Positions 25,801-36,852 of a stretch of DNA of 64,000 bases are shown one piece after another. Position 1 is the first letter of the stretch. Every line of letters starts with the position of its first letter. The notes under the pieces are model-generated. The model worked only from the letters and a program-made list of their open reading frames with translations, had not been told where the DNA came from and made no database searches. The position numbers and the translations under genes are program-made. The stretch covers positions 374,001 through 438,000 of the forward strand of contig MU058793.1 of NCBI GenBank assembly GCA_013265495.1. The letters run 5' to 3'. This DNA is from Vicugna vicugna. Taxonomy: Eukaryota.

Positions 25801-28784
25801 CCCATTTAAGGAAAGAAGTTCACCGCTATTGTGATCCACTGTGAGGGCTGAGAGCCATCGCCCTACACAGCCTGATTCCCTGCTTCCCCCTGGACCGCCT
25901 CTGCTTTCTCCCACGCTCACTCCCCTCCACCCGCACCGGCTGCCTTGCAGCATCTCAGACACACCAACCGTCTTGAGCCTTTGCACTCGCCGTCATTAAA
26001 GTGCAAGGATGCTCTTCCCCTAGATGGTCACACAGCTCCTTCCCTTGCCATCACCACTTTCTCCGCGAGGCTTTCCTTGATGATTCTGTTCACACCTGCA
26101 GTCCGTCCTCTACCCACTCCTCCATCCCCTCCCCACCCCCGTTTCCTGCTTCTTTTTTATCCACTGCACTTTAGTAGGTATCCAAATACTTAAAGAATGA
26201 AGAAAACCCTCTCCCCCATCACAATATAACTCCATGAGATAAGGCACCATGTAAATATTTGCTGAACAAATGCAAGAGTGAATGACTCAATTGGGTAATA
26301 TTATGCCTGCATGGGAACCAATGAGATGGTGGGATAAAGGGTTAGGAGTGAAATAAATAGATGCTCCATTTCCTAAAGCTTAGAGAAAACCCATAAAATC
26401 TGTAAACATGAAAAGGTAAGAATGATTAATAGGTAATGCATTCACAGGGAGCTATTAATGGAAACTAGGGTGCTGGAAATAAAATCCAAAGCTCTGAGGT
26501 TAACGTCAGAAAGGACAATTGTTCTCTTTTATTAACAGTCCCTTGGGCTGCTTGTACCATAGAATTAAGCCAAGTTGGTTAAAAGAGGTACTGTACAGCA
26601 TAGTTTTAAAGGAACAGTCAAGCTTAGCAGTACATAAATACACATGCATGCGTTGCTGTGTTATACATAGGAAAGAAAAAGCGAGTGTGCGAGTTCAAGT
26701 TCAAATAGGCAAAACCCCAGCATCCTTGCTCACTAAGCATTCATATTCTCTTTTGCAGGAGAACCTTGATCTCAGAGTTCATGGCACATGTTGCTGCTCT
26801 CATGGAGTCAGGAACATTCCTGGCCACCTGCCAGGTGTAGGAAACAGCAAAACGGTTGAGGATCTCTGAAAGGCTGGAGCTGCACACTCGGGCATAATGC
26901 AGCAGGGTACGAACCCCATACTTCCCTCCCTTCCTCTTCTAGGGCCAAGGAGGACAACTGGAAGTAGTCCCTTTGGAAACCATACCTAGAACAGGTTGTT
27001 TCGATCCAGGCTTGGAACATTAAGTATTGGCCGCCGATATGACGAGGGAGGTAACCCTCGCTCTTCCCGGCTGCTGAGTCGCAGACGTTGTGCTTGGTGT
27101 TACCTGGCAGATAAATATTCGAAGGCCCCATCATTAGGGCAACAGGTGGTGGACTTGCATGAATAGTCTCCTGCCTGGCATCCACTCCTCTGCCTTAGGA
27201 ATCCTGGAAACTAGAGCGGTGTCCAGGCAGGAAAGATGCTTCTCACTTCTCGATGATAACACAGTGCCCGTTGGAATCCCCTGATCAGCTATAATAAAGA
27301 CTCCAGTCATCAAAGCATAGCAATTACCTTCGAGAGCCATAGACAGAAATTCAGCAGTGGATGCCCACCCGTGAGTCGTAGCAAAGGGCGACAGGAGAGC
27401 TGCACTGATTTCCATGCCCATTACACGTGTGTTTGAAAACAGGTCCCTCCCCAGAGTCATTTGTTCTGAAATTTACTTCCCATGCTCTTCTGTTCCCTGA
27501 GAGAAGGGCCGCCGAGCTCCTGAGCACAGACCGGCTTTGTAAATGCGATTAAGAGGAAATGTATTTTCACTTAAAATTCTAATGAATTTTCTTTTTGGCT
27601 GCTTTGCTTAGGGATGATAGGAACTTAGGCTCATCGTTTTTTGTCCTTTTAGAAGACACGAGTGTTTTTGTATATAATGATCAGATGTCTGTCGATTCAC
27701 TAATTCCATCTAGAAACATTAAATATAAGCATTGTGCTGTTGTGCAGCGGCCACAGTTTGGCCCAAAAGAAGTTTCTTTTTCTGGCTTGGAGAAAGCTGA
27801 AGAAGTGAGTACTCTCTGCAGAATGGGCCCATTTTTTTTGTCTCTCTCTCTCTCTCTTTTTTTTTTTGTCTGGACTAACGCAGTTAAGCTCCTGGAGCCC
27901 CGTGGGTGACTAGAAAGTAAGCTTGCTGCTGGAGGTGAGTCAGGGCAAGTGCCTCTCCCAAGGATGCAAGTAAGAGAACCTGGCCTTTTATATTTGCAGT
28001 TTTGCCAAACCCAATACAAGTTTGTAAACACCATAGAACATGTTACGATGTTTACAGCATATGTCTCTTATTGTTAAGAACTATTGTGAAAGTGGGAGCA
28101 GAGACTACTTCTTAAAATATTTTTTATATAATCGTCATGGCATCCAATTATACAATAGTAATTGTGAATAATTATTCCAGACCCCAGTCTGTTTTATGAC
28201 TACTTCTCACGCTGAGCTCGTGTACTCTGTATAAACACCATCTGTATCAAACATAAAACTCTTAGTTGTTCTAAGAACACAGGCTTACGAAATGTAGCTC
28301 AGTTCTGGAGCCAAGTAGTTTCATGGCTATCGCCCGGGCACCTGAAAACCACATGTATCCAGTGATCTCCTTCTTCTCGGGCTGTGTTCTGTTTCTTTGA
28401 CTCAGAGCCTAGTTACCTGTGTGCTCAGGCTCCTGCGGGAATCACAGCTCACATGCCCAGACCACTGACTCGCTTCTGCAGTGGTTTTGTTTAGTGCTGA
28501 GTATGCTTAATTCGCACTGCAGAGTTCTGTTCATTTCCCTTATGTGCGGTGGTGACGTAAGGACTTGAAGCTGGCCGAGAGTGGTGCTTCCTGCATTTCC
28601 CTCAGTCAAGTGCTGTCGAGGTCTTTGGGTGCCAGACTGCTCCTCCAGAAATCCCCCAATGAAGCTTTCTCCCCCGAAGATGCTCCTCACTATGTAAAAG
28701 GTTTTAACAATTAAAGGAAAGAGCAACTTGAAGAAATATGACTCTGGTCTCTGAATAGTTTTTAGTTCGGGAATTTAAACCTCT

Positions 28785-28831
28785 TATAAATCAACTATAC
28801 TTCAATAAAAAAAAAATCAAGGACAAAAAAA
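28785..28831 (+). mobile_element. Extremely 5'-truncated L1 insertion (47 bp) with a perfect 14-bp TSD GAATTTAAACCTCT
   Basis: TSD copies at 28771-28784 and 28832-28845. The insert taaatcaactatacttcaataaaa matches the L1 3' terminus also seen at about 48134-48156. Confidence 0.88.
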
Positions 28832-29166
28832 GAATTTAAACCTCTGTAGATAATTACCTAACCTTCCTAAGAATCTGACCTTCACATTTTGTCCAAAATA
28901 TAAGCCACATACACATTTTTGTCCCCAACAGACAGGTTAAGTTATTCTTCGGCAATAAACAAACTTCCGACACAGCCTACAAATAAACGAAAGTTCTTCA
29001 CAGGAATTGAGCCCAATCCAAAAAATGATCGTTTGTTCCCACTGTACAAAGTCATTCTGCTTTGGCTGGTTATTTGTGTCTAGCAGTTGAGGGAACCCAA
29101 GTAGCACATTTCTGGGCTCTCGAGGATCTAGAAGCAAGTATCATTGTCACTTTTTTAACATATTTA

Positions 29167-29555
29167 TTTATTTATTTACAATTTTGAAATCCCAGTCTAT
29201 CCCTTCCCACCCTCTACCCGCCTGGTAACCACAAGTCTGTATTCTCTGTCCATGAGTCTATTTCTGTCCTGTATTTATGCTTTGTTTTTGTTTGTTTGTT
29301 TGTTTTTTAGATTCCACATATGAGCGATCTCATATGGTATTTTTCTTTCTCTTTCTGGCTTACTTCACTTAGAATGACATTCTCTAGGAGCATCCATGTT
29401 GCTGCAAATGGCATTATGTTGTCAGTTTTTATGGCTGAGTAGTATTCCATTGTATAAATATACCACATCTTCTTTATCCAGTCACCTGGTGATGGACATT
29501 TAGGCTGTTTCCATGTTTTGGCTATTGTAAATAGTGCTGCTATGAACATTGGGTG
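29167..29555 (-). mobile_element. Young 5'-truncated L1 with open ORF2 C-terminus, short 3'UTR, (TAAA)n tail and perfect 11-bp TSD TAACATATTTA
   Basis: PMFIAALFTIAKTWKQPKCPS...KKMWYIYTMEYYSAIK...LSEVSQKEKEKYHMRSLICGI* is uninterrupted. TSD copies at 29156-29166 and 29556-29566. Confidence 0.95.
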
Positions 29556-31304
29556 TAACATATTTAAATCTTGAAAATGTTCCCTGATTATAGCCTTGAT
29601 CTTCTTGCTAACCAAGATTTTAGACTTTACACTGTGAGAAAACGTCATGTTTCTTTTGATAAGAAATTTTGCCCGAATAGCATAAACAACGATTTTTTTT
29701 TTAAATTTTCTACGTGCAAAAGGATGGTGCATTTCCCCTATGGAATTTGGTTCTGCTTTGGAAAGAACAATAGTTGTACTCACATTCATTGGCCAAAATA
29801 GTCCAAGCATCATTAAAAAGTTCCGTGCTAGGTGTGCCAGCCTTTGGACACAATTTATAAAAATGTTATTATGGAGAAAATGATGCTAACCCTTCCAGGT
29901 AACTGTCCAAACAGCCAAAGATGGATATCTTAATTTGGCATCCAGAAAAAGCACACAAGTGGTAGGAGGGTATGTAGGTAATTTCCTCAGATGCTATTAT
30001 TTGTCCCTGGGGAGCCCACGTACTCAATACCAATTACAGAGGAGAGGATTAAGAATGTGCAGAAAGGGTGAGGGTGGAACAGCAGGCCTGAAGGATTTGG
30101 GCTAAAATCTTGTATCAAATCTGCAAATTACCATTTAAGGCAGGTTTAGAACATGACATCATTTCTGCTCATTGTGACGCATTGAACACTAAGGCTCCCT
30201 CTGCACGTCAGAAGGGGTGACACAACAAGGAGTGTTATCAAAAGAATCTTACTTGGTAACAAAATACCCTTGGAGTCAAAGCACACTGACCAGAAAGAAA
30301 GTCAGCCAAAAATCTGAAAAGAAACATAAGACCTGGATCTCAAAATAACCACGATTCTGTTCAAAGTCCCCAAATATTCCGTTCTCCAGAAAGCTGGGGC
30401 TTGGTGTTCTGGATGAATATGTTAGAATGTCACTCAGTTTTGTTCAACCTTAGCAAGTGACTATTTGCAAGGTATCTTTGGAGCTCTTTATAGTTAAGAC
30501 AGTAATAAAATCTTGTGGAAGGGGGACTTAGGATCGGAGGTTCTCACCTCTGTATTTCCTGTAACAAGTGGTGGCCTGCGCTAGGATGCACTCCACTAGC
30601 CAGGGGGAGATGGTCTTGGAAATGGAGAGGTAACTCCTGAAGCAGTACCCGGGGTGGCTACCCCCAGTCCTTAGGGGGCCGCGTCCCCTCTCCTGCATTG
30701 AATTCCCAGGCTCAACACTGAGTCACTGGATTCCCTAAATAATGGATAACAATGCACACTTATCTGGTCTTTACCCATCTCCATCTTCCCTAAAGCCTGC
30801 TCTTCCCCCACCCCCTTTTAAACACACCTTTGTGGCACCTCCAGCCCCAGCATTTGAACCCCACAAGTCAAAGCCGTTTGCCCGAATACAAAATAATTAC
30901 AGAGAGATCTCGGTAGAGGAAGCAATCAGACTGGAAGGTACTCACACCGGGAAAAAGTGCCATGTGGCATTATGCCCCATTGAGAACACAGGCTAGGTGG
31001 CGTTCACTTTGGTTTACTGCCTGACTAGCCATGAGGAAAACAGGGATTAATTATTCTCTTTGGTGCTGTGATGGATTTCTGTCATCTATTATCTATCTAT
31101 TTATATCTATCATCTGTCTATTCACACATATATTTACTTACACCTCCTTCCATACAATATATGACAGATAAATACACGTCAAAAATACATGCGACACATA
31201 TACAAATATTAGCAGGTAAATGAAATAACAGGTCTAGAAGGAGACAATGTCCATGCCAGTTCTGACGGTGCCTCTTATAAGCAAAACAGATAGTGGAACA
31301 AGCC

Positions 31305-31440
31305 ATAACCCTCTCTGTGCCTCGGTTTCCTAATTTGTTCCATGAGGCTCACTCCCGTCCTATCGAGAGAGGGAACTGAATGAGCTAATCCACAGAAAAC
31401 TGCTTTGAAAAGTACAGACCACTATACAAATGCTAGTGAT
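31305..31440 (+). mobile_element. MIR SINE fragment
   Basis: aaccctctctgtgcctcggtttcct core motif. Confidence 0.55.
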
Positions 31441-31739
31441 AATGAGAAGTTTTACAAAAGAGCATTATTCCTCTGCTAAGAAGTGTGCATCCACATTCGC
31501 GTTTTCTGTCTGTGAAGGGTCTTCTTTGAAATTAAATTGAGACCATAACCAACATCCCTCCCAGGGCTGCCTGAGGTTTTACTCAGCAACAAAGCAAGGC
31601 CTTCTTTTTTATCATTCATCACGTTTGAGTTCAAGCACCGAGAGGTACTTTTTACCAGTGGTGAAAATAGCTTTCTTTCTCACAGCAGAAACACAGAAAA
31701 TGATCTCCCCCTGGATGCTAATGTAAAGATAAGGCTTAT

Positions 31740-31753
31740 TCTGCAGATGGCAC
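31740..31753 (+). promoter_or_regulatory. Candidate CTCF site / CAGATG E-box in a small CpG-rich patch downstream of TOX3
   Basis: TCTGCAGATGGCAC matches 12 of 14 positions of CCASYAGRKGGCRS. Confidence 0.35.
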
Positions 31754-34061
31754 CGAAAGTGCCTTGGTTCGGCTCTGCCGAGGGTGTGTTCTTGTACCGG
31801 GAAGACGGGAGTGGTCTGGGAGCGAGCGCGGAGCGATCGCCTTATTTATTTACGTAAATAATTAAAACACTGAGATACATTTTCAAGTGGGAAGCTTGTT
31901 CCATTTTTCTTTCAGCTTTTAGTGGCGACTGGATACTCCCTTCTCAAAAGTAAGCTCACATAAAACCCTTCATGCGTTCAATCCACCCTGATCAGACCTT
32001 CCTTAGTGCTTTTTGAATTAAGCACAAGTTCCCAGCTGGGCATACAAGGACTTCGACAAACCTAACCCCAAACTTCCCTTCTAGCACTTTCTCCCGCTCA
32101 CCTCCCCCAGAGCACTATGGGTCCAATTTGCTTTGTTCTCTACTGCTATTTTGCTGGTGCCTGTGCTTTCAACCCTTGCCCGGAGAAGCCACCTCCTTCT
32201 TCTGCTGGGCGAGGACGGCCACCTCAGCCTAGTGAAGTCCCACAGGGCACGTCTTAGATGCCAGTAATCCCATGCAGCTTTCCCAAATACCCTAACCAGT
32301 TGCAATCTCTTCCCTTTCTAAATAAATTGCAGTTTTCTCAGATTATCAAGCACACACACACACACACACACACACAAAACCCACATGTGTTCCAGGTTTC
32401 TTGGTGCTCTCCCTCACCACAAGAGAAAAATAAAAGCTCCTGAAGTGAAGAATGGCTTCTATTTTATTTTTTTTAAACTTTTATTATGGAAAATTTCAAA
32501 CGTATACAAACAGAAGGCCCTGTTTATTTTTGCATCTCCTTTGGGACCTATCATCGTGTTTTGCATGTAGCAGAAGTAAATTTAAGTAATTAGGGCCTCA
32601 GGCAAATGGAGCTGTCTGTCTGCATATCTCACTCCATGTTTCCTGGGTGGTTAAGCTTTCCTCGGTGACACCCCGGCACACGCGACCCACACACCTGTAG
32701 GATCACAATCGACATGGGTTAAACTCATTCACCAGCTTTCAGATTCAGAAAAAGCACATCTCAGGGTTACTTCAGACAGTCAGCAAAGCTGTCTTTGAGA
32801 GGATGAGGAGAAAGACTTCTACAGTTCATATTTTCTAAGAGAATTCTAATCTGGTCGTGTATCTGTGTGAGTTTCCTAGCAAAGCACATTTCTTCTACGT
32901 GTGAAATATTTGATGGGTAACCTACAGGTATAAAGTCTCTCCACGAGTATCAGAAACATAGCTTTTCTTTGCCTTGTATTATTGACAGACACAAATATCA
33001 TTTTGAAGAATCTTCCCCTTTCCAAATCCTTACTTTAGACTCTTAATTCTGCTATTTTAGAGACATTTTAAACAATTTTGTGCCTACTTAGCCCACTAAT
33101 TTTTGCTATTATTCTGTGTGTGTGTGTGTGTGTATCTGAGGGAGCAATGAAATCTAAAGCAAACCAGAATTCTAGAGTGATAGATTGCACGCCCATGCTC
33201 TGTCATATCCAATTAACTCAAATTGACTGTACACTGCATTATTCCGTTAGTGCATGGAAGATCAATAAACATGGGGAAAATCCACCCCAGCTCCCCACTT
33301 TCCCATCCGATTCTAGTAGGTCTGAGGCGGATCATGCTCCTGTGATGTGTGTGCCACAGCTCAGGCAGGCAGGTGGTGCGTAGACACCATTCAAACTTGG
33401 CCTATTCAATCCCAACTCCTCTAACTCGCCATTCATGCATAGCAAAACACCATCTGGTCCTATTTTGCCTCCAGCAATCACAGCTGACCAAAAACGATAA
33501 TAACAGCTGTTGCAAAACAAAAGCCAAACAAAAGGGGTGGGGAGAAGGGGGGGAAAGGAAAGGTTAGATTGAAGTCCAGTGCTGAAAAATGCTCCACGGG
33601 GTGAGAAATGGGAACGAAACCATTCAGATGTCTGCAGCCCGCTGAATGGACACAGCGGAGGACTTCTACTTAAACTTGAGATATTAATCCATCTGTCTCG
33701 AAAGCCTTCAAACCTCCATCAGGTGGGAATAGATTGCAGAAATTATGCTGCACGAAGGCATTTAAGCTTTTGTTCTTTGAGTCGGGAACTAATGACCCCG
33801 TGTCAGCTAAAAATGAAAACTCCTTATGTTCTTTCATCGCAAGGCAGTACTGGTTAATGCAAAAACGAGAGTCTGTTTAGCCAGAGTAATAAAATACTGT
33901 GCCCACGGCAGGGGGAGAGAGAAGGTGTGCGAGATGGGGGAGGGGGCGTGGGGGAGCCTCGTTAATGTCTGTGGACCATTTAGCAGGAAAAGCATTTAGG
34001 CTGTTTAGGTGTCCCGCTAATCAGATACCACATTTCTCACGTCTATTTTTCACCACCCTGC

Positions 34062-34067
34062 TTTATT
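34062..34067 (-). terminator. Distal poly(A) signal AATAAA
   Basis: Plus strand reads TTTATT. A GU-rich ATGTGGTAT follows downstream on the minus strand, and the AU-rich UTR character ends here. Confidence 0.6.
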
Positions 34068-35707
34068 TCTGACCTATAACCAAAAAAGTACACCAAGTAC
34101 TTAACGTACGTCTCAGAACTAGGAACCAGTCCCACGGATAAAGGGAAATACAAGTTGATGCATCATATGCTTTAGCAGATCCTGAGAAAAATGATTTGGT
34201 AACAAGGCTGGGGAATTCTTTTCACGATTCAAGCCTTTTCGACATTTTAAAGATATAGTTCTGCCTGGTGATTAATTTTTTTAAACCATTAGTCATCAAG
34301 CAATTCTTTTCCTTGAAATTGACCGTCAGTGTGCTTAGCAGCATTTAATCAAATGTGATAAAACTCAAGATTTATAAAATCATTTAATAGATGATACAAC
34401 ACCTGCTTCTAACTGCAAACCAGTTGAAAACAGACTTCATTTGCAATTAAGTCTTATCACTAGTGACATTTTTTTTCCAAGCAATACTTCATGGGTTTTC
34501 AAAATGACAATTACAGAACTAATACACAATTACTGTCACATGTAGTTTAGCAATTAATTTTGAAGACATTTGTCTAAAGGTTTCACAACAGAGTATAAAA
34601 TGGTTCTTATTGTTATGTAATGTTAGTTTCAATTCACAGAAAAATCTTTCGCCATCAGCTCTGCTTCTGATGGGTCTGACGTGGAATCAGTTCTTTGTGG
34701 AATATAGTTGCCCCCTTGTAGACATGATTAGGCACCATCCTTGGACTGTTTGAACACTGATACCTGTCAACTAATACATCTTATGAAAAGCTTCAATTTA
34801 GACACAAATTTTTCTACAGCAAGAAATCTATAAATTTATAATTAGAAGCTCTTGCTGTTCAATATTTGTACATAACACAGAGTACGAGAGGATTATGAAA
34901 TATTGAAAGCTGAATTCATTATTCATAGCCCACTACGTACAGTAAATATTCTTTGAAATACAACAACAACTTTGAGGAATCCATATTCCATTATTTTTTT
35001 TTGAATGTCTTGCACACAGTACTATGGCTGCCCCTACTCACACTCTCATTTTTTTCCAGATTAGGATTCTGGTCAGGGTTGACACTTGCTGTTTTTAATT
35101 TTCATTTTATCATAAGCAGTTTAAGACTGTTGCCAGTGGTAATTTGCAATTTTTATCAAGACCTCTTCATTATAGCTTCTGACAGGACAGATGCTGTAAT
35201 TAATCATGCAAGACAACTGGGGATAGTGGTCACACTGTTCTCAAAGAGGAGCCACTACAGAGCAAGAAAAGGGGGGAAGAAATGGGCACTGAAATAATTA
35301 TTTTGGCTTAAGAATTAGCATTCGCCATCCGTTTTAATAGCAGTAACAACACAATGCCAGTTGGTTCTAGCCCCAAAGAGATGATTGCTTTCTCCTCTAC
35401 ACTTACCTTTCCCTTGCATCTTAACAAAATTATAATTATAAAAGTATTTCTGATGGCTTCTTTTCTTTTTTACAGGCCCTGATTTGGGACCATGCAATCC
35501 AAATGCTTAGCTCTGAATCTCTTATTTCCAACTAAAAATGGAAACTGATGCTGGGGTTCCAACACAAGTTGGTATGTGGACATATTTCCTCACCTTCTAC
35601 ATACTCAAAGAACCGAAAGTGAAATTTAACATATCATTTTATTTGAAAAGTGAACAGTTTCCTGGTTGTTGCATCAAAATACAGTCCACGGTTTTTACTG
35701 AAATGTG

Positions 35708-35713
35708 TTTATT
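35708..35713 (-). terminator. Proximal poly(A) signal AATAAA (about 1.15 kb after the stop)
   Basis: Plus strand reads TTTATT. U-rich sequence lies upstream on the minus strand. Confidence 0.55.
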
Positions 35714-36852
35714 CTATAGCAAGATAAAAGCATTTTTGTTTTAGTTAAGCAAAATACAAACAACTTAATTGCTGCTATCATAACTCATAAAAAAGTATAA
35801 AACAGCATAAAAACACAAGAAGCAACGTAGCAATGAATGGTTCGTGTCACCAGTGTTTACGTTAAAGCCTCGTTTATGAAAACTTTACAACACATGATAT
35901 GAAAACTTACAACTTTGAAAGAAAATATTTACATTGATTATTCCGATGTGGTGTGCCTTTTAAATATTCTACCGGTATTACATCATAATAAAAACTCTTG
36001 CTTTTTTTTTAAATCTTAACTTTTGTAATAACTGTTTTCATTTAAGTGCATTTCCCTTTTAAAAATACAGTGTTTTTAATTTTCGAAACTTGTCACTCAA
36101 AACACAGAATATAATATTCACATTCTTGTCTTCTAATTGGCATGAGTATAATGGGCTAACAGTGGTCATAGATACTGTTCCAACATATACTGTGGTTTGA
36201 TTTGGAGAAGTCATGGGTAAAAAGTGAAAAATGAGTCAATAATTGAATCTAATCACTTGCATTTTTTTTTTTTTCTGGAGAGATTTAAGGAAAAAAAATA
36301 AGAGCTTTGGCAAAAGTCTGTGATTTACATTTTTTTTCATGACAAAAAAATGCCATCAACGATTGACGTCATACAAATGTTTGTATGAAACTGGTTCTTC
36401 ATATTTCAGGTAGTTACGACTGTGCTTTTTATTTTTAGGGCTTCGGACGTTCCAGTCACCTGGAAGTGTGGTTTATTCACTTCTGGAGAAATAAGGCCAT
36501 TTGCTATGACTCAAAGAGGCCAGTTTATTACAGTCATCAGTATGTCCCAGGATTCATTAAACGGTTTGATTCACATATTGTAGGTACAGCCTGAATAAAT
36601 AAAAAAGGCATCACATAAAAGAGCACAGCTTTTCTTGTTTAAAAACAAAGTGATTTAGAGTCCGCTAGAAGATGATTTTCAGCTACACTGTAGTTCTTAT
36701 TGCCTATCTAATAGACACTTGAGAGGACCGCGTGGTCTGTTACACATTTCTGCATAACCAACACCGACTTCCGAGTTTCAGCCACATGTGGTTTACCCTC
36801 CGATGACGCCACTCTCCCCCAAGATGCGCAAACCCGCCTGCCGCGTGCATCT

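Larger units (their letters stand above)
34040..36852 (-). other. TOX3: TOX3 3'UTR (long form ~2.8 kb; 3' end approximate)
   Basis: AU-rich stretch after the stop codon with no recognisable repeats. AATAAA occurs at 35708-35713 and 34062-34067 on the minus strand. Confidence 0.7.

Noticed and set aside
29307..29813. 168-aa ORF resembling a protein gene
   Set aside because: The C-terminal half is L1 ORF2 inside a TSD-bounded insertion, and the N-terminal half is chance read-through from the flank.
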